Shown here one piece after another: positions 11,912-25,758 of a stretch of DNA of 64,000 nt. How positions within the stretch are numbered: the first letter of the stretch is position 1; each line of letters opens with the position of its first letter. The notes beneath the pieces are model-generated. The model was not told the DNA's origin. It saw only the letters and a program-made list of their open reading frames with translations, and searched no databases. The position numbers and the translations under genes were made by a program. Source of the DNA: Phoronis australis (lineage: Eukaryota; Animalia; Phoronida); NCBI GenBank assembly GCA_002633005.1, contig NMRA01000494.1, forward strand, positions 260,878-324,877, read 5' to 3'.

Positions 11912-14263
11912 TAGTCGGTGGGCCAGATCTCATAGCGTTCATCCTTGTGAGTACTTTGGGGGGCAACCTAGTTTTTTTCTATATGGCTAGATAATATACA
12001 TATAAATCAAATTCCAAAAAGTTCCCACGTCTACACTTGCACATTCTTTTTTAAAAAAAGGTGTTTTTGTTAAACAAAATATGATGCACATTCCTGCCAC
12101 TTGATGGCGCTTTTCTATTGAATTGACCAATCAGAGAGCCAGATTGTATTGTGCTTAGTTTCTTCAATATGGCTGCTCCCAGTTGCCACATCGCCACTGC
12201 TTGCGCTAAGAGAAAATCCTATGGCGTTATACTGTGGATGTGATTTTAAAGCATTTTAATTCAAAAATTTTTGAGAAGGTTAAATGGAGCAGATGGTTGC
12301 AAACAATATGCGCAAGTGGCCGTCATTCCCTGCCGTAGTCTCAATTTTTTGGAAACATTAATTACTTAGGTAGCTGCAATGATAATTAAATTAAAGTGTC
12401 TAAGTAGTCATCGTCCCAGTCAAAATTTGAGGACGAAGTAAGCCACTGTCCATTTTGTCAAACGTCCCTCTTTTACGTTAAGTGTAAATCGATTGACTAT
12501 GGTTTGAGCATCTGATTTAAAAAAATTAAATTTCAATCACTGCAATGGTATATCAGCTGATTTATTTTCAGTTGCATCAACTGATCTAATTATTAGACGA
12601 TCAACATTATTAGGCTACAGATCAGACGGCATGTAAATTTGTTTGGCTGGTGGTGGATCAGTTGCTGATAAGTCCGTCTGAAAAAGTTGCATGCCAACTC
12701 ACTCATAGTTGAATGTTAAATTAGTGTTAAGAGTTCGGGTTTTTTCAGTTGGACTTGTATCGCAAGCAACAGCTCAGTCCAGATCCCTGAATATGCAAAG
12801 GAAATTCAAAGATAATGACCTTGTGTCTTAGAAGCCAAGTACCACAGATCATCATGCTATAAAAAATAGAAAGACAACCATTGTGAAGAGTGACGAATTC
12901 ACAGTTTTCAGAGATGTTTTTCTACAGTTTTGTTTGGAGTTCATTGAATCGAAGCTTCTAACATAAGGAGATGTCATTTGCCTTTCAAAACTAAAGCAAG
13001 ACTTTGAAGCTGATCTTTAGAAAGCTGGTGTGCATGAAGTTATTTGGACAGGCAATCTTAAGAAATATTGTTGAAGCTACTCACTGTTGTAGTTTGTGCC
13101 CGACTAAGAGATACGAAAGTGAATTGAGGCTAGTGTTCAATAATTCACTTGCTGGCTCTAATTAACGCAGCCCATTATAACATATTTTGAATCAAACGTT
13201 TGCCCAAATATTGCCTGCCTCCAAACAAGGACTTAGTGTTTGACCCTTCATTGCCTGCGGGCTAATCACCAGTGTGCAGTGCTGTACCCTCTGTAATCGA
13301 CCATAGTTGGCTCCTTGGCGGTGGAGCTTTGTAGTTAATATGCATGGCATTGACAGTACTAAACGATGAACTCTGCTAGTACAAAAAGAACGTGTGTGCT
13401 GGGAAACTGAGTTTGTGCTGCAATGCTGGGTCAAACTGTACAGAAATGTGCAGCTGTGACAACTGTAGTAACATCGGCAACACTGATTGCATAACATTGG
13501 ATAGTTCTTTGACAAGTCAATCCTAAATAGACCTCCAACCCCGTTATTTCCTTTTTTGTATTAAAAAGTTAATTTTATTTGTTGATTAAGTCATAGAAAG
13601 TACATACTTTGATCATTGTCATGTATTTGTCTCATACTGCTTGATAAACGCTGTCAGAATAATCCATTATTTTCATACAGTCTTTGTGCACATTCACAGA
13701 GATCATTCAACTATATTGTTTTTGTACTATAACGTATTTCTGGTATATTATGCAAACAAGCTGTATTTTACACCGTTAGTCAATGTTTTAGTCATTGAGG
13801 CACAAATTTTGCCCAGTCTCAAGTGTTTTGTGTTATTTTTATTGCTTGACAATGCCAGAATAACTTCCTAGTAACACTTAGTCTTAGTTTGCAATTTTGC
13901 CACTAGGTCTCTCTTTACATTTTTTAAATTTCACTGTTTATTAACAATTTACATAGTAAAACTTGTAATGTGAGTGTAATATTGTTCAATACAATGGCAC
14001 TGATGAGACCATATTACTTGTTTTACAAAAAAGTCACCAAAACTGTTGTTTTAACAAATATAAGTTTACTAAGCTCTTTAGTGATTATTAGGTAACTTCA
14101 AACTCAAATTTCTCAAAAACGTGCAACTTTATATGTGGGAACTTTTTTAGATTTTGAAAACACTCTAATAAATGAAGTAAAAAACACCAAAATAAAATTG
14201 CCCCCCTAAAGTACTCACAAAAAACATTTTCTAGAGGCCCTACAAAATCTGACCCACCGACTA
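11912..14263. mobile_element. Non-autonomous Academ-like DNA transposon in intron 2 of PAN-TLDc gene
   Basis: TIRs TAGTCGGTGGGCCAGAT...ATCTGACCCACCGACTA, subterminal inverted ttgtgagtacttt.gggggcaa, and a 3-bp TSD CGT (11909-11911 / 14264-14266). TAG..CTA ends with 3-4 bp TSD are characteristic of Academ. Confidence 0.8.
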
Positions 14264-14640
14264 CGTGTAGTGAATGGCAATTGAATTCAAACAGGCAGAA
14301 AACGAACCTCCTGGTAAGTTTGCTGACACATTTTAAATGCAGTAATGGTAAATTATGTCAAGAGATCTGTATGTCAATACATGAACAGAATGAAGATTCG
14401 TAGTTATTTAATGAAAAATTGCGATGTCAAGTGAACATCTTGTACCAATTTGGCTTGTGTAGGTAAATGTAGGGCCAGAAAAAAAAATTCTATTGATCAA
14501 TGCTTACACACAGTGTCCAAAACCTTAAAGGGATTCAGTAAAGTCACCTTGCTGCTCATAGGCTATTATGCGAGCATGCAAATTGTAACAGTAATCGTAT
14601 ATTACAGAACATGGTAATTTTTAATCTATCTCTGTTTCAG

Positions 14641-14651
14641 ATGTGTCCTGA
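14641..14651 (+). CDS. Probable terminal exon of PAN-TLDc gene (D-V-S-stop)
   Basis: Strong acceptor ctatctctgtttcag. The phase-1 join gives GAT GTG TCC TGA. AATAAA at 14803-14808. Confidence 0.5.
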
Positions 14652-16339
14652 CTAACTGGAAAAGACGGAGCGTGCGCCATGAACCAACATAGCTCGTTTT
14701 AAGAACGAAATTTAAACGGAGAAAATGTGAATTTGACCTTTATGTCTCAAATATGTTGTCGTATTGATGTTGAAGAGAGAACCCAGGATGAATTTTAAGC
14801 GTAATAAAAACTACGAAGATTAAAAAATGACCCTCCATTCAAAGATTCCGCATGCATCGAATTTTGTTCATTCATTTACCGGTCCATTATTTCTAGAAGG
14901 TAGTCTATTCAGGTTATGATAGCTTTCCTGTAGGCTTCTTTAAATGTAACCAAACAAATACAAGCTGTGAAACGACTAAAAATAGAGAAACCGTGGGTAA
15001 CAAACACCCGTACGTGTAGAAACAACTTCCTTTTGGCATACAAGATACGTCGTAGCAATGTGTGTTCATTAGTATCAGCAGGTGGGTACGGTCAGCTCTG
15101 CACGTGCCCGTAAGCGTATATTCAATGCTCATCAAAGGCGATTGATATTATATTGGGATTCTGTCAAAGTCATTTTTGATGATTTTAATGTCAAACCAAC
15201 TAAATCAAATTGTTTCTTTTTTGTCAGTGACATTATGATTTTAATATAGACGTGAAAAGCACCAGTGAATCATCTGCTTGTAGTTTTTCAGTCAAGAAGC
15301 AAAGTCTTACAAACCCAGCCGTGTCGCGACTTCACTTCCAAACTATAAAAATGAAACTACATGTAGTCCTTAAAACACACAAGGTTCTAGCATCCATAAA
15401 ATGTTTTCCACGCTACGCAGTAACCGTAAGCCGTTCGAATGACCCAGTGTCCCACTGGAGGGGCAGCTGCAACTTTTGAAGAAAAATATTCGCACAACCT
15501 TAAAACGGCATGTCAGCAAAGGCGTTTATTGTCCGACATGTACCTGATTTCCTTGTAGCGCCGCCAGGAGCATTTATTTCCTAACGTACGCCTTTGAATA
15601 TGGAAGCCAGAATAATGACTTAAATTCGAAAATTTAATATTCAGTTTCAAAACAAAAATGAAATATTCATGGTTCAATCAACAGAAGTGTTAAGGCTCTT
15701 ATTATTCGATTTCATACACTACTTTAAATAATTAAATCATAACTGATCCGTGGGGATTTTTGATTTCATGGCGCATCGTCATTTCTCGCAGATAACCGCC
15801 AGTCATTCGTTGAAGTCTATGCCGGCTATTTTATCATTAAAACTCGCTTCAAAATATCAGCCTATTTACCGATAAACTTCTATCCCTCAGATCATACATG
15901 TAAGTTCGAATCCGTCTGCGAGGCTGATCTAAAACTTATTATCTTCCTGCTTTAGTTGTCAGAAACTGCATAGTTTGCAGGACTGTTTTCGTCACGCGTT
16001 CTAATCCTGTTTCAATTAAAATTCATTTGCATTAAAACAACCGGAATTCCATTATGAACTGCGCTGGTTAGGCTCCAGAATCTAAATCATGATGGCAAGC
16101 CAACTTCATGAGCCTGGTCCGGGGAATGCCGAACTGTCACCACTTTCCAAGTCTAGATATCTATTTAAACAGCACAGAAAGCAAAATGTGTTGTTTTGCA
16201 GAAGCCTTGAGTTTATTGCGAATTCAAAATAAATTACTAACACATGGGCAACGCTTATTATTAATAAATGAACTGACGTAGCAATCTAACTAATGGATTG
16301 GGTGCACATTTTGACATCATTGGTTATATAATCAAACAG

Positions 16340-17480
16340 TGCTTCTGATCAATTATTAATTTCTCTTGTGGTCTCAACATGGTTCATTTAGTTTCCTATA
16401 CTGCAGCTCTTAAAGTAACATGGTTAAAAAGATTATAAATGGACAAAATAATTCGGCCTGGATACATATTTTGCGGAATGCAAGTAAGTTTGGCATTGAA
16501 AAGATGTTCGATGGAGTGGTAGTCCAGTCCTCGGGGAATCCTTTTTAGAAGGGTGTGCTTTTGAGTTCGGTTCAATATTAAACGAGGTGAAAGATGAGAG
16601 GATACTGTCTTTTCCTTTATGGCATAACAGAAAGGTTAAAATTCGAGGAAAACCAATATTTTATCCCATTTGGAATGAAACCTGTGTGAGATTCTTAGGT
16701 GACTTATTTGACGGAAACGGAAGCTTCTTGTCATACATCAGTTTTGGTTTTGGTTTGAAAACTTTTTTACATTTACGAACTGAAAAAATGCTTGAAATTA
16801 ACTTTCAAAATTACATCGTTTTCACGTGCAAAAGTGTCTCAACCAGTTAGCCCAAAAATCTGCGAAATTTTGGCGAAAACTTCGAAAGGTGATTTATGTA
16901 TTTTTCTGACAACTACACCTGTATGTTTCAAAAACCAAATGGATTAGAAAAATGGGAAAATACTTTTGAATTTGCAAGATCAATGACCGAATGGAAGTTA
17001 TGTATTCAAACTTCTGTTTTTTGTACTTCAAATGTTACACTCAGATGGTTGCAAATGAGAATTGATCATAGAATTTAGTAACACACAACATTTTAATGCG
17101 AATTGTTATTACTACAACTGACCGACATACCTTTTGTAGGATGAACTTGAAAGTTTAGAACATTTATTTTGGAGTTGCACATTTGTTAAACCTTTTTGAA
17201 AAGAATAGCTAAATATTATATTCACTCAAAAACGTCAATATATCGACAGATTTTCAGACTTTTATATTTGGTAAAACTGGAAAAGCAGGTGAACTGTTGA
17301 ATCTTATTGTTTTTTTTGGCCAACAAGCATATATACTGTAGAAAGCTGAAAGTGGAACCTCCATCTATAACACTTTTCAAAAAAGAAGTGGAAATTCATT
17401 TCACATTCGAAAAATATAATTACTGTAAAAATGGATTAGGTGACAGATTTCTCCAAAGATGGTCTGTTTTTCCCTCTGTA
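16340..17480 (+). mobile_element. L1/Tx1-clade LINE 3' remnant (ORF2 C-terminus)
   Basis: Broken frames give LKVTWLKRL, LWHNRKVKIRGKPIFY, LRWLQMRIDHRI, ESLEHLFWSC (CCHC region) and KYN...FLQRW, followed by a (TG)n tail. Confidence 0.85.
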
Positions 17481-17553
17481 AAAATAACTGCAGATGAGAA
17501 CAGTCTGTACACTTGGTGTATTTTCTTTGTAAAATTAAGTTTTCTGGGAAATC

Positions 17554-17556
17554 TGT

Positions 17557-17627
<71 letters not shown>
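17554..17627. repeat. (TG)n microsatellite
   Basis: Direct run. Confidence 0.97.
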
Positions 17628-17628
<1 letters not shown>

Positions 17629-20600
17629 TGTGTCATTGGGGATTTCTGTCTGTGCAGTGTGTTTTTATTATTGTACTAAATGTTAAAAAATATTACTATA
17701 TCTTTACATCTGGTGCAGCATGGCCTCTATGATGTTTCACGAGTAATTGACTTAAGAACGAAAAACCGTCAATTCCAAATCAAAACGGATTTTTTGCGGT
17801 GCACGTGTAAACTGCACACTAATCAATGACTATCAAATACAGCTGTATATTTAAAAACGATTTTCTGCTTGCACCGTAGACTACGTAATTCTTATTGAGA
17901 AATTCGTATGAAACAGTGCATCTCCGTTTGTGACATGGGAGTTTCATTGATCAGACATCACTCTTTTCCGGCTAACCAGAATGTCATTGTAGTATTGGTA
18001 AGCCATCGCACGTTATTATTCGTTCGACCTTTGAACTCTAGCAATGGGTCCATCCATGTCAAAGGTTAAACTAATGACAGAAAGAAATACCAGCAACAGT
18101 TGATTTCACATTGTGCTTAAAGTGGCATTAAATCTGTGCTTTCTCTTATGAAAAAAGTGTAGGTTTAGGTCACTTTCATTAACCAAAGCGATGCTACTTT
18201 TACGTACTCACTTCATAATCTACCTTTTACCTGTGGAAAGAACTGACAAACCAAGCTCTCAACATGACGCGCTGCTCAATTCACATTCCATTGCAAACTC
18301 TTTGGGGATATTGATGTGCTTAAAATCACACATGACCGCGTTCAAACGTCACACACATCTTCGTTGAGTTAAGACTGAAGCTTTCAACTGAAGACATTTT
18401 TCTTCTCTTGTCTCGTTTCCTGAGTATTAAATTCACGATTTTGATATGCAGTGCTTTAAACGAGGTTTTAACGTTGCTGACAATGTACATGCAGCCACTT
18501 GTCAAATCAAGGTACAGTGTAAATGATGGTATTGAGCATTTTAAAATCGCACAACAGTAAGGGCTCTGTTTTGGGTGTGGTACACAAGTCAAGTCGCCCT
18601 ATTGTGTTTCGCAGGAATTTAGTACAATAAAAGTTTGAACACTATCAGCAAAGACACAGCAATCGCAATTCGGGTGACCCAACGTCTACTCTTTGAGACC
18701 AAAATGTGATTTTTTTAACATTAAGTCAAAAAAATGTCGAAATTAAATATCCAGGCTCTTTATTCTTACATTCGATAGCTTTTAAGCGATGGCTCCTGAG
18801 CCTGTTAATACCAGTCTCGATTTTCCTCCATCAACATGAACCCATCTCGTTTCAGTTTTCTGAAACACCGATTTCTAAGCCTGGCAACCCCTTAACTCGT
18901 TCATTTTATGCGACTTTTTCACATGCATCGGATGATTGATCACACACGTAAAAGATAAAACACTTTTCACCGGGTTAAAATAATAATTTCCTCTAGGCAT
19001 TTTTCAATTAGCGCGATGAATGATAATTAAATTTGTGCAGTTGTAAAAACATGTCGGGAGGTTCAACGATTGCAGAGGCTCTTCTGTCAAATGGAGGTGA
19101 ATTCACTTAACCTTTTTGTGTGACCAAGAGGATTCTGTGTGGATTTTATGTCATCAGTTTTCAGTGATAAGCTAAGAGTAGATATAACGAAATTTGAAAT
19201 GCACTCAAGGATAAAAACTGATTTAGAACTGAGCCCAAACGGCGTAAGACAAGACAATTGGTATTTTTACTGGCCATAAATACACAGTATACTTAGGGAA
19301 TATAGTCGAGTCACTGTTTGGGTCTGTTTCATACAACCGAGCACAGGGGGCCCAGATAGCTGTCGACGACACTCGAAATAGGCGGTGAGGGTGTCAGGCG
19401 GGGGTCGTGGCGATAGCAATTTGAAGGCAACAGACATTTTACAAAGTTGACACCCGTCTATACATAACACCCAACTTACCCGCGGCAGCGCTGTTTAGGT
19501 TCTCTAATCTACGTTACCCGGTACAATCATGGGCAAGACTTTTTAAAATAATCAATTTTGGCTAACTTTGGAACATCATATCCCAGAAACCGGAAATTGG
19601 ATTCATAAGAAACTTTTAAATACCATGCTTTGTTTACTGATCTCCAAAATGTTCTTAAGACTGACATATAACTTCAAATTGCCCCACTTTTGCTGAGGTT
19701 TTTTATGATCGGTTAGAAAACTGTAACAACGCATTTGACCTATCGATTTCAAGTTCTGTGCCCTAATAACAGTGTTTTTGGAGTACCGCCCCGAAATACG
19801 GTATACGCGCACCTTTAACTACACGTGAACTTTTACTTACACACTTTACATTTCTTTATCATAAGCAGTTGTGCTGGGACGGACCTTAAATTTGATCGTG
19901 GGTTCTATCTCTCATTAATTTATGCTCGCAGCTCCTTTTGGAGTACGGTACACGTGTACGTGAAGCCTTGACTTGTGATGGAGTTCTGAGACAGCAACAG
20001 GAACTGGTGACTTTATGAAATGGGGATGATTTTTATAATCTGATTATGTAGGGTTGAATCTATGAAACTGTGCTTGATCTACAAAGTAGGATATCCGGGT
20101 ATCACGTGAAAACTGATTTAAGAATATAGACACATACGCACTTACATTAGGATAGCGTACGCAAATGAATACAGGGGTATGTTTAGAAGTTCCCCAAAGA
20201 CATCGGTTAGTAAACATTTCATTTACAAGTACATAACAAACCCTGGGAAGTTGTTACAGGTACTTATTTATCTGTTTTCAACGCTTAAAACGCATTGCTG
20301 AAGAACTCTCCTAACACATTTAGTTGTTGGACAAGTTGTCTAACTTGGATGCAGATTTTCGATCAGCGCCAATGTTTACGTAATTACACTTATCAAGCAA
20401 ATGTTATGCACACAGATTGCTGTTATAAATCCGGAAGGACCAACATATGGCACGTTTTTGTAAGGAGGACAAGGCCACGTGACCCATTTAGGAACACATC
20501 AGGATAGGTATAAAGTCAAACAAGAAATTTCACAGCTTTTCTACATTCACAAAATATACGTTTTTATCACAGCCATACATATCCATGAAGCACTACATTA

Positions 20601-20867
20601 ACCTTAACCCATTAGTAATGGTCGTTTAATTCAGCATGGGTCTATGCCTTGAAGTGGCTACTGTAGGCTGTTGTTAAAGCTCAGGGATTAAAATCTTCCC
20701 CTCGTGTACTGAATTTGCTGACTTACTAGCGGAAATGCGGCCATGTAACTGAAAGGTAACGGTGATACATGTACCCTGATGGACGAGTATGTTGGACCTA
20801 CAGTGTCAACATTATATCGTCTCTATTCTGTGAAAAATGAATAATACTCCTGGCCCTAGTTCGAAAA

Positions 20868-21040
20868 AATATCGCAACAAATAATTACTCTACGCCACAA
20901 ATAAATACTTTACATTTTAAAAAGTTACATTACGCAGCAAAAATATTTTAAGCCGTATTACTAATTTTTACGCAGCAAATAATTACTTAACGACGCAAAT
21001 CATTACTTTACGTCTCTAACAAGTATCTTACGCAAACAAA
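20868..21040. repeat. Degenerate ~20-bp minisatellite (tacgcagcaaataattactt-like)
   Basis: About 8 imperfect units visible. Confidence 0.6.
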
Positions 21041-22323
21041 GTGGCAACGTAACGCTGCCCCATTCGGCCAACGATACACCTTGGTGTAACAATGGAGTCT
21101 AGAATTAAATGTCTATAATTATCTAAGCTATAAAACTAGTGTGATGTGAATACCTTAATATCGACCAAGAAGCATGGTACGATGTAAAGTGCACTCATTT
21201 TCAAATTTCAAGATTGGAGGTAACTCCCAAGCGATTGTTGTTCACCCAGTGTGCATTTCCGTTATTAAATTCAGTCCTCCGTCGTTGCTCAAACAAAAGC
21301 TAGGCATTTACCTACCGTGTGTTCTTGCACTGTGAACACCCTGACGAGCGTGTTCACGGTATTTGGGAAAATTAGGACTAGACCAAATAAAATCTTTGGC
21401 CAATAAAGAATGAATTCTCTAGTCAATCAGTGCCAATGGTACACATTATCGCAGACTTCATACTATTTACAATTTTGATGGAAAACATTTCTAAACATAG
21501 TTGTCAACATTCTGGATGTTGACTACTTCAAATTCCACTACACCGAATGTTTGCTACTGCGAAGCTTCGCTAACTTCGAAAGCTCACTACTCCAAGTGTC
21601 AACATTTGCGAAACCTGGGACCGGTCTCCAATCTTTTTACTCGAAATGGAACTCGAAATTAGGTTTGGCATTTTATACTCTACTTTTGGGCGAACTCAAG
21701 GCAAGTGTCTATTATTCTATGCTCGAGTAAACAATAACTTGCGTAGATAATATGTTTCCCTTAGTTCACAGTTTGTAAACCCAATATTAAAGCAATAAGT
21801 TCGAGTTTGAACTCGAAATTTCTGATTGTCTGCTCATAAGACGAAACTGGGTTGAATAAAGTATTGTACTTATGTCCGTCATGTAGTCACCATTTAAAGG
21901 ATGTAGAAGATTTGAATAGTCCTAAAACATTAGTTACGTTGTTTACACGTGATCTCAATTCCAAACACTGCCAATCGTGATTCTTGTATCCACCTAACGA
22001 ATCATCATGAGAAGTTCTCAAGCAGGGATAACATCTGTGGTACTGGTCAGGGCTGCGGCGACCAGCGGGACAGTTTTGAGTTTACGAAAACTGAATGGTA
22101 GTCTCTGAAATTGTGAAGACTGGAAGGGACAAGGTACATGTAGCCTTCCACTTACATGTACATTTAGTTTCGACCAGCCGTGCGTACAGTTCCGTTGGGT
22201 GAGGTCGAGGCGCAGCGGCCCTAAACTACAATCTTAGTCGCGCTGTGAAATGATGCGACCTTGACATGGATTTGATGATTGCAACGTGGCTGATAATATA
22301 AAATTATCCCTCATTCATGTTCT

Positions 22324-22751
22324 TTTAAAAGGATACTAAACCCTGTTATGATGGTTTCCACCAATCCTCGTTCGGTCACCTACTAATTCATCACTATCGT
22401 CACTCTTTCAATTGAAAAGTATACAAACCCGGTTTTGGCTTATTAACAAATACTAAAAGCGACTTTCCTATCCAATTCTTTGAAACAAAATAATACTCTG
22501 TAACGACTTGAAAAAATTGGAAAACTTCTTTCATAGTATGCTAAAGGGACAAGCGTGGCCGCCGCTTTTAGCGAGTTACGCGGCAACTACGATAAAAGAC
22601 CACCCACCAAAGATCATGATGTCCAATTTTTGAGATAGCGGATGTGAATTCTTAGGTGATTTCTGCTTTTAGCTTTCAAGTTTGATGCCAATGCTGCATC
22701 AGCACGTGAGAGAATGAGGATTGGTTGTAATCAGGGTTTAGTACCATTTTA
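22324..22751. mobile_element. Old TTAA-flanked MITE (Kolobok-like)
   Basis: ttaaaaggatactaaaccctg ... cagggtttagtaccattttaa form imperfect inverted ends. An inverted internal fragment recurs at ~23050-23180. Confidence 0.5.
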
Positions 22752-22829
22752 AGGAAAGAATCAATCAAAAGTTCATACACCCCATATCAAGGTTTGGACA
22801 TTGTGATCCTTAAAAAAATACTTGCTGGT

Positions 22830-23047
22830 GGTCTGATACACGTTGTACCAGACGTGCGCAAGCCTTGAATGTGGGCCCATTGCACTGATTACCTGGAACT
22901 ATTTTTATGCTTTATTAATATATGGTTAAAACTGAGCTGAGGAGCTAGAAACCTGGCTCAAGGGTTTAGCAGTGTGACCTGGTGGGACTCGAACCCACGA
23001 CCTCAAGTAAAGAAAGCGTGCACTTTTCAACCAGGCCACACTGCCTC
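22830..23047 (-). mobile_element. tRNA-derived SINE
   Basis: The minus-strand head has A box TGGCCTGGTTG and B box GGTTCGAGTCC. The body is shared with 2360-2482. Confidence 0.75.
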
Positions 23048-24175
23048 CTCATTATGATCCTTGGTGGATGGTCTTTTCCCACAGTTGCCGTGTAATTTGC
23101 AAAAAACGTAGGTCACGGATGCCCGTTTAGCAAACTTTGAAAGAAATTCTCTTTCTCAAATTTTCTGGTTGCCAAGTACATGTATTACAGATCATCATTT
23201 CGTTGCACAAAACTGGATGGGAAAGTCATTTTAGTATTTGTCAATAGGTCAAAACCGGATTTATTATCCTTTGAAACTGCAAGAACGTACTCATTTTTCC
23301 GTATTCGTAAGCCATGCGGGCAATTTCGTATGCGCATGAAATCAATAGTACCCGGACGTTGTTTTTGGTATAGGTAACCACTCATAGGTTTTCGGCCGTT
23401 AAGTACACTTAATACAGACTAGTCGAAATCCGTCCTTAAAAATGCATTGAAAAAAATCTATACACCTTTTATAATTAGCGGAATCTTCGATAAAATAAAA
23501 TTTCTAAGTGATCTTCCAAAACAGAATAATACAAAATATAATCTTACCCAACCCGCTTGCAGGTAACTGCGTGTAACTAACATTTACAGAGTCCCTACAT
23601 AAATGACAATAAAATGTAAACAGCCACGGCACAAAACGCATCCTCTGAATAACATGTTGTTGTTGATTTGCTGTTTCGTGGCAATTTACTATTTTAGCTC
23701 ATTACTTTCTAGTAATCAATAGTTTTACTCTATTATCAAAACAGATTTATCTTGTGAAGAATATGTTTACAGTCTACTACCAACACTACGTAGAATTCTA
23801 GACAAATTCAGGTGCTCTTGACACCAACAGAATACAGAAACTGTTAGGCACCATGACATTATAAAAAAGAAGATAGACTGTGTGAAATTTGCAACCGTTC
23901 AGAAATTGAAGACGAAATATACGTATTACTTAACTGCCCCGTACTTAACGACATTAGACTGAATTTTATACCAGAAATATCCCGACAGCATACTGACATT
24001 GAAAACGTCAAATACTTGTTCAAAACAAACTCTGGGAATCTTTTGAAAAGACTATCGTTATTTATGTTGAAGGCTTAGGGTATTAGACAGGAAACTCTAA
24101 TATTGTAACATGTAAATATGTATTGCATATCCGGACATGAAATTGCCACCTACACCAAATGTTGCAACGTAATAT

Positions 24176-24270
24176 GTCTCTCTCTCTCCCTCCCTCCCTC
24201 NNNNNNNNNNNNNNNNNNNNNNNNNNNNNNNNNNNNNNNNNNNNNNNNNNNNNNNNNNNNNNNNCTCCCT

Positions 24271-24307
<37 letters not shown>
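24176..24307. repeat. (CT)n/(CCCT)n microsatellite spanning an N-gap
   Basis: Direct run on both sides of the gap. Confidence 0.9.
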
Positions 24308-24309
<2 letters not shown>

Positions 24310-25758
24310 ATAGTTGAACGGGCTCTTCACGCCAGCTCCTTCAATAAAAAGTTCTTCCATTTGAATGTGACGCCATCGTGCACATTATTCACACAGTATT
24401 ATCAACTTGTGCAACAAATTAAGTGGGACAATCATATTTTGAAATACAAAAACAAAATGAGCTATAGCGTCAAATTTCGATGTAGCCACTGACATATGTC
24501 TTATGGTCTTCATCGCAGCTCCCCTTAATAGCATCTGCGCGTGCGTTTTACTGGAACTTTTATGGAAAGTTATTGACAACAACTCGTTAACCGACATAAA
24601 AAGAATTCTTTAAAACAATAGGATAATTTGATGACTTTTACATTAATTCACCCTTACCGGTGCATTATGAGCCCTGATGAGGGAACAAAAGTAAACTCGG
24701 TGAAAACTTTGATTTATGCTAAGAATCACAGATGTCCTACTTTATGCACTTTAGAATACCAGATTAATGAATTTGTCAACATTTCAGAATAAAAATGCTC
24801 CTAATGACCCCATGATTGCACCAAATGACCTGAAACTTCATAATTCAAACTCAATTGCAGTTATTTAACAGATGTGTAAGAATTTCAATTGTCTACCTCA
24901 AAATCTTAGTTTGCACTCATTGATCTTTGACCTCTGGCTTCTGATTAGAAGGCCATGTTGGTTAGTACAATAGGTTGTTTGATTGGCATGTACATGTAGG
25001 TTTACACCAGTGTGCTGAAATTGAACAGAGGAGCCATTGTAGTCTAGACGCATTTTCAGAAAAGAACCCCGTTTTGTGTTCTAGAAGCATTTTTAGTAAC
25101 AGTTGGGAACTAGACTTGTTCACATAATCAAGGTATGGCGACTTCAACTTACCATGTTCTCAAGCCGAATTTTGCATTTTAAACATCTAATTAGCATAAA
25201 CAAAATGGCGGCAAAATTGTTAAGTTCAGATGTAGTTTCGTAATACAAATCATAATATACCATTTGAAATAGTGCAACGCCTCACCTGTACATATTCTTA
25301 TAAATACTTCGTGTGCAATAAATCACTTATGCAAACTAAACAATTGCAACTCTAAAACCTAATTAGGCAAATTAGGTGCCGCCATTACGATACAATGCAA
25401 TTTTTATCTGCAGGCTAACTTGAAAATTGTGTTATACTTATATTTTCAAGGTCAACAAGCATGCTAAACACATTTCTGAACCAATTAATTTCATATTTAT
25501 TGGGTTATAGATGTATACTCATCGAATGTGGAAAATACAGTCGTTAGTCTGCAATGCTCGTTAAGCAAAGTGTAACTATTTTGACAGAATATAAGGACAA
25601 ATGTTTATACTAACCCGTTATCTTTCATTCATAAAAATCAAAATATTTATTGTTAATGAATACACCATTAGGTTTTCAGTTACATGAATTGTTTTCAGGC
25701 CTGCTAAAAAATAGCATTCACTTTTTGGTACTTTTTAACATGCCTGAAGCCAGGCAAA

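Noticed and set aside
20868-21040. CRISPR-like array (also 44443-44592)
   Set aside because: Tandem degenerate units with no unique spacers, no cas genes and a eukaryotic context.
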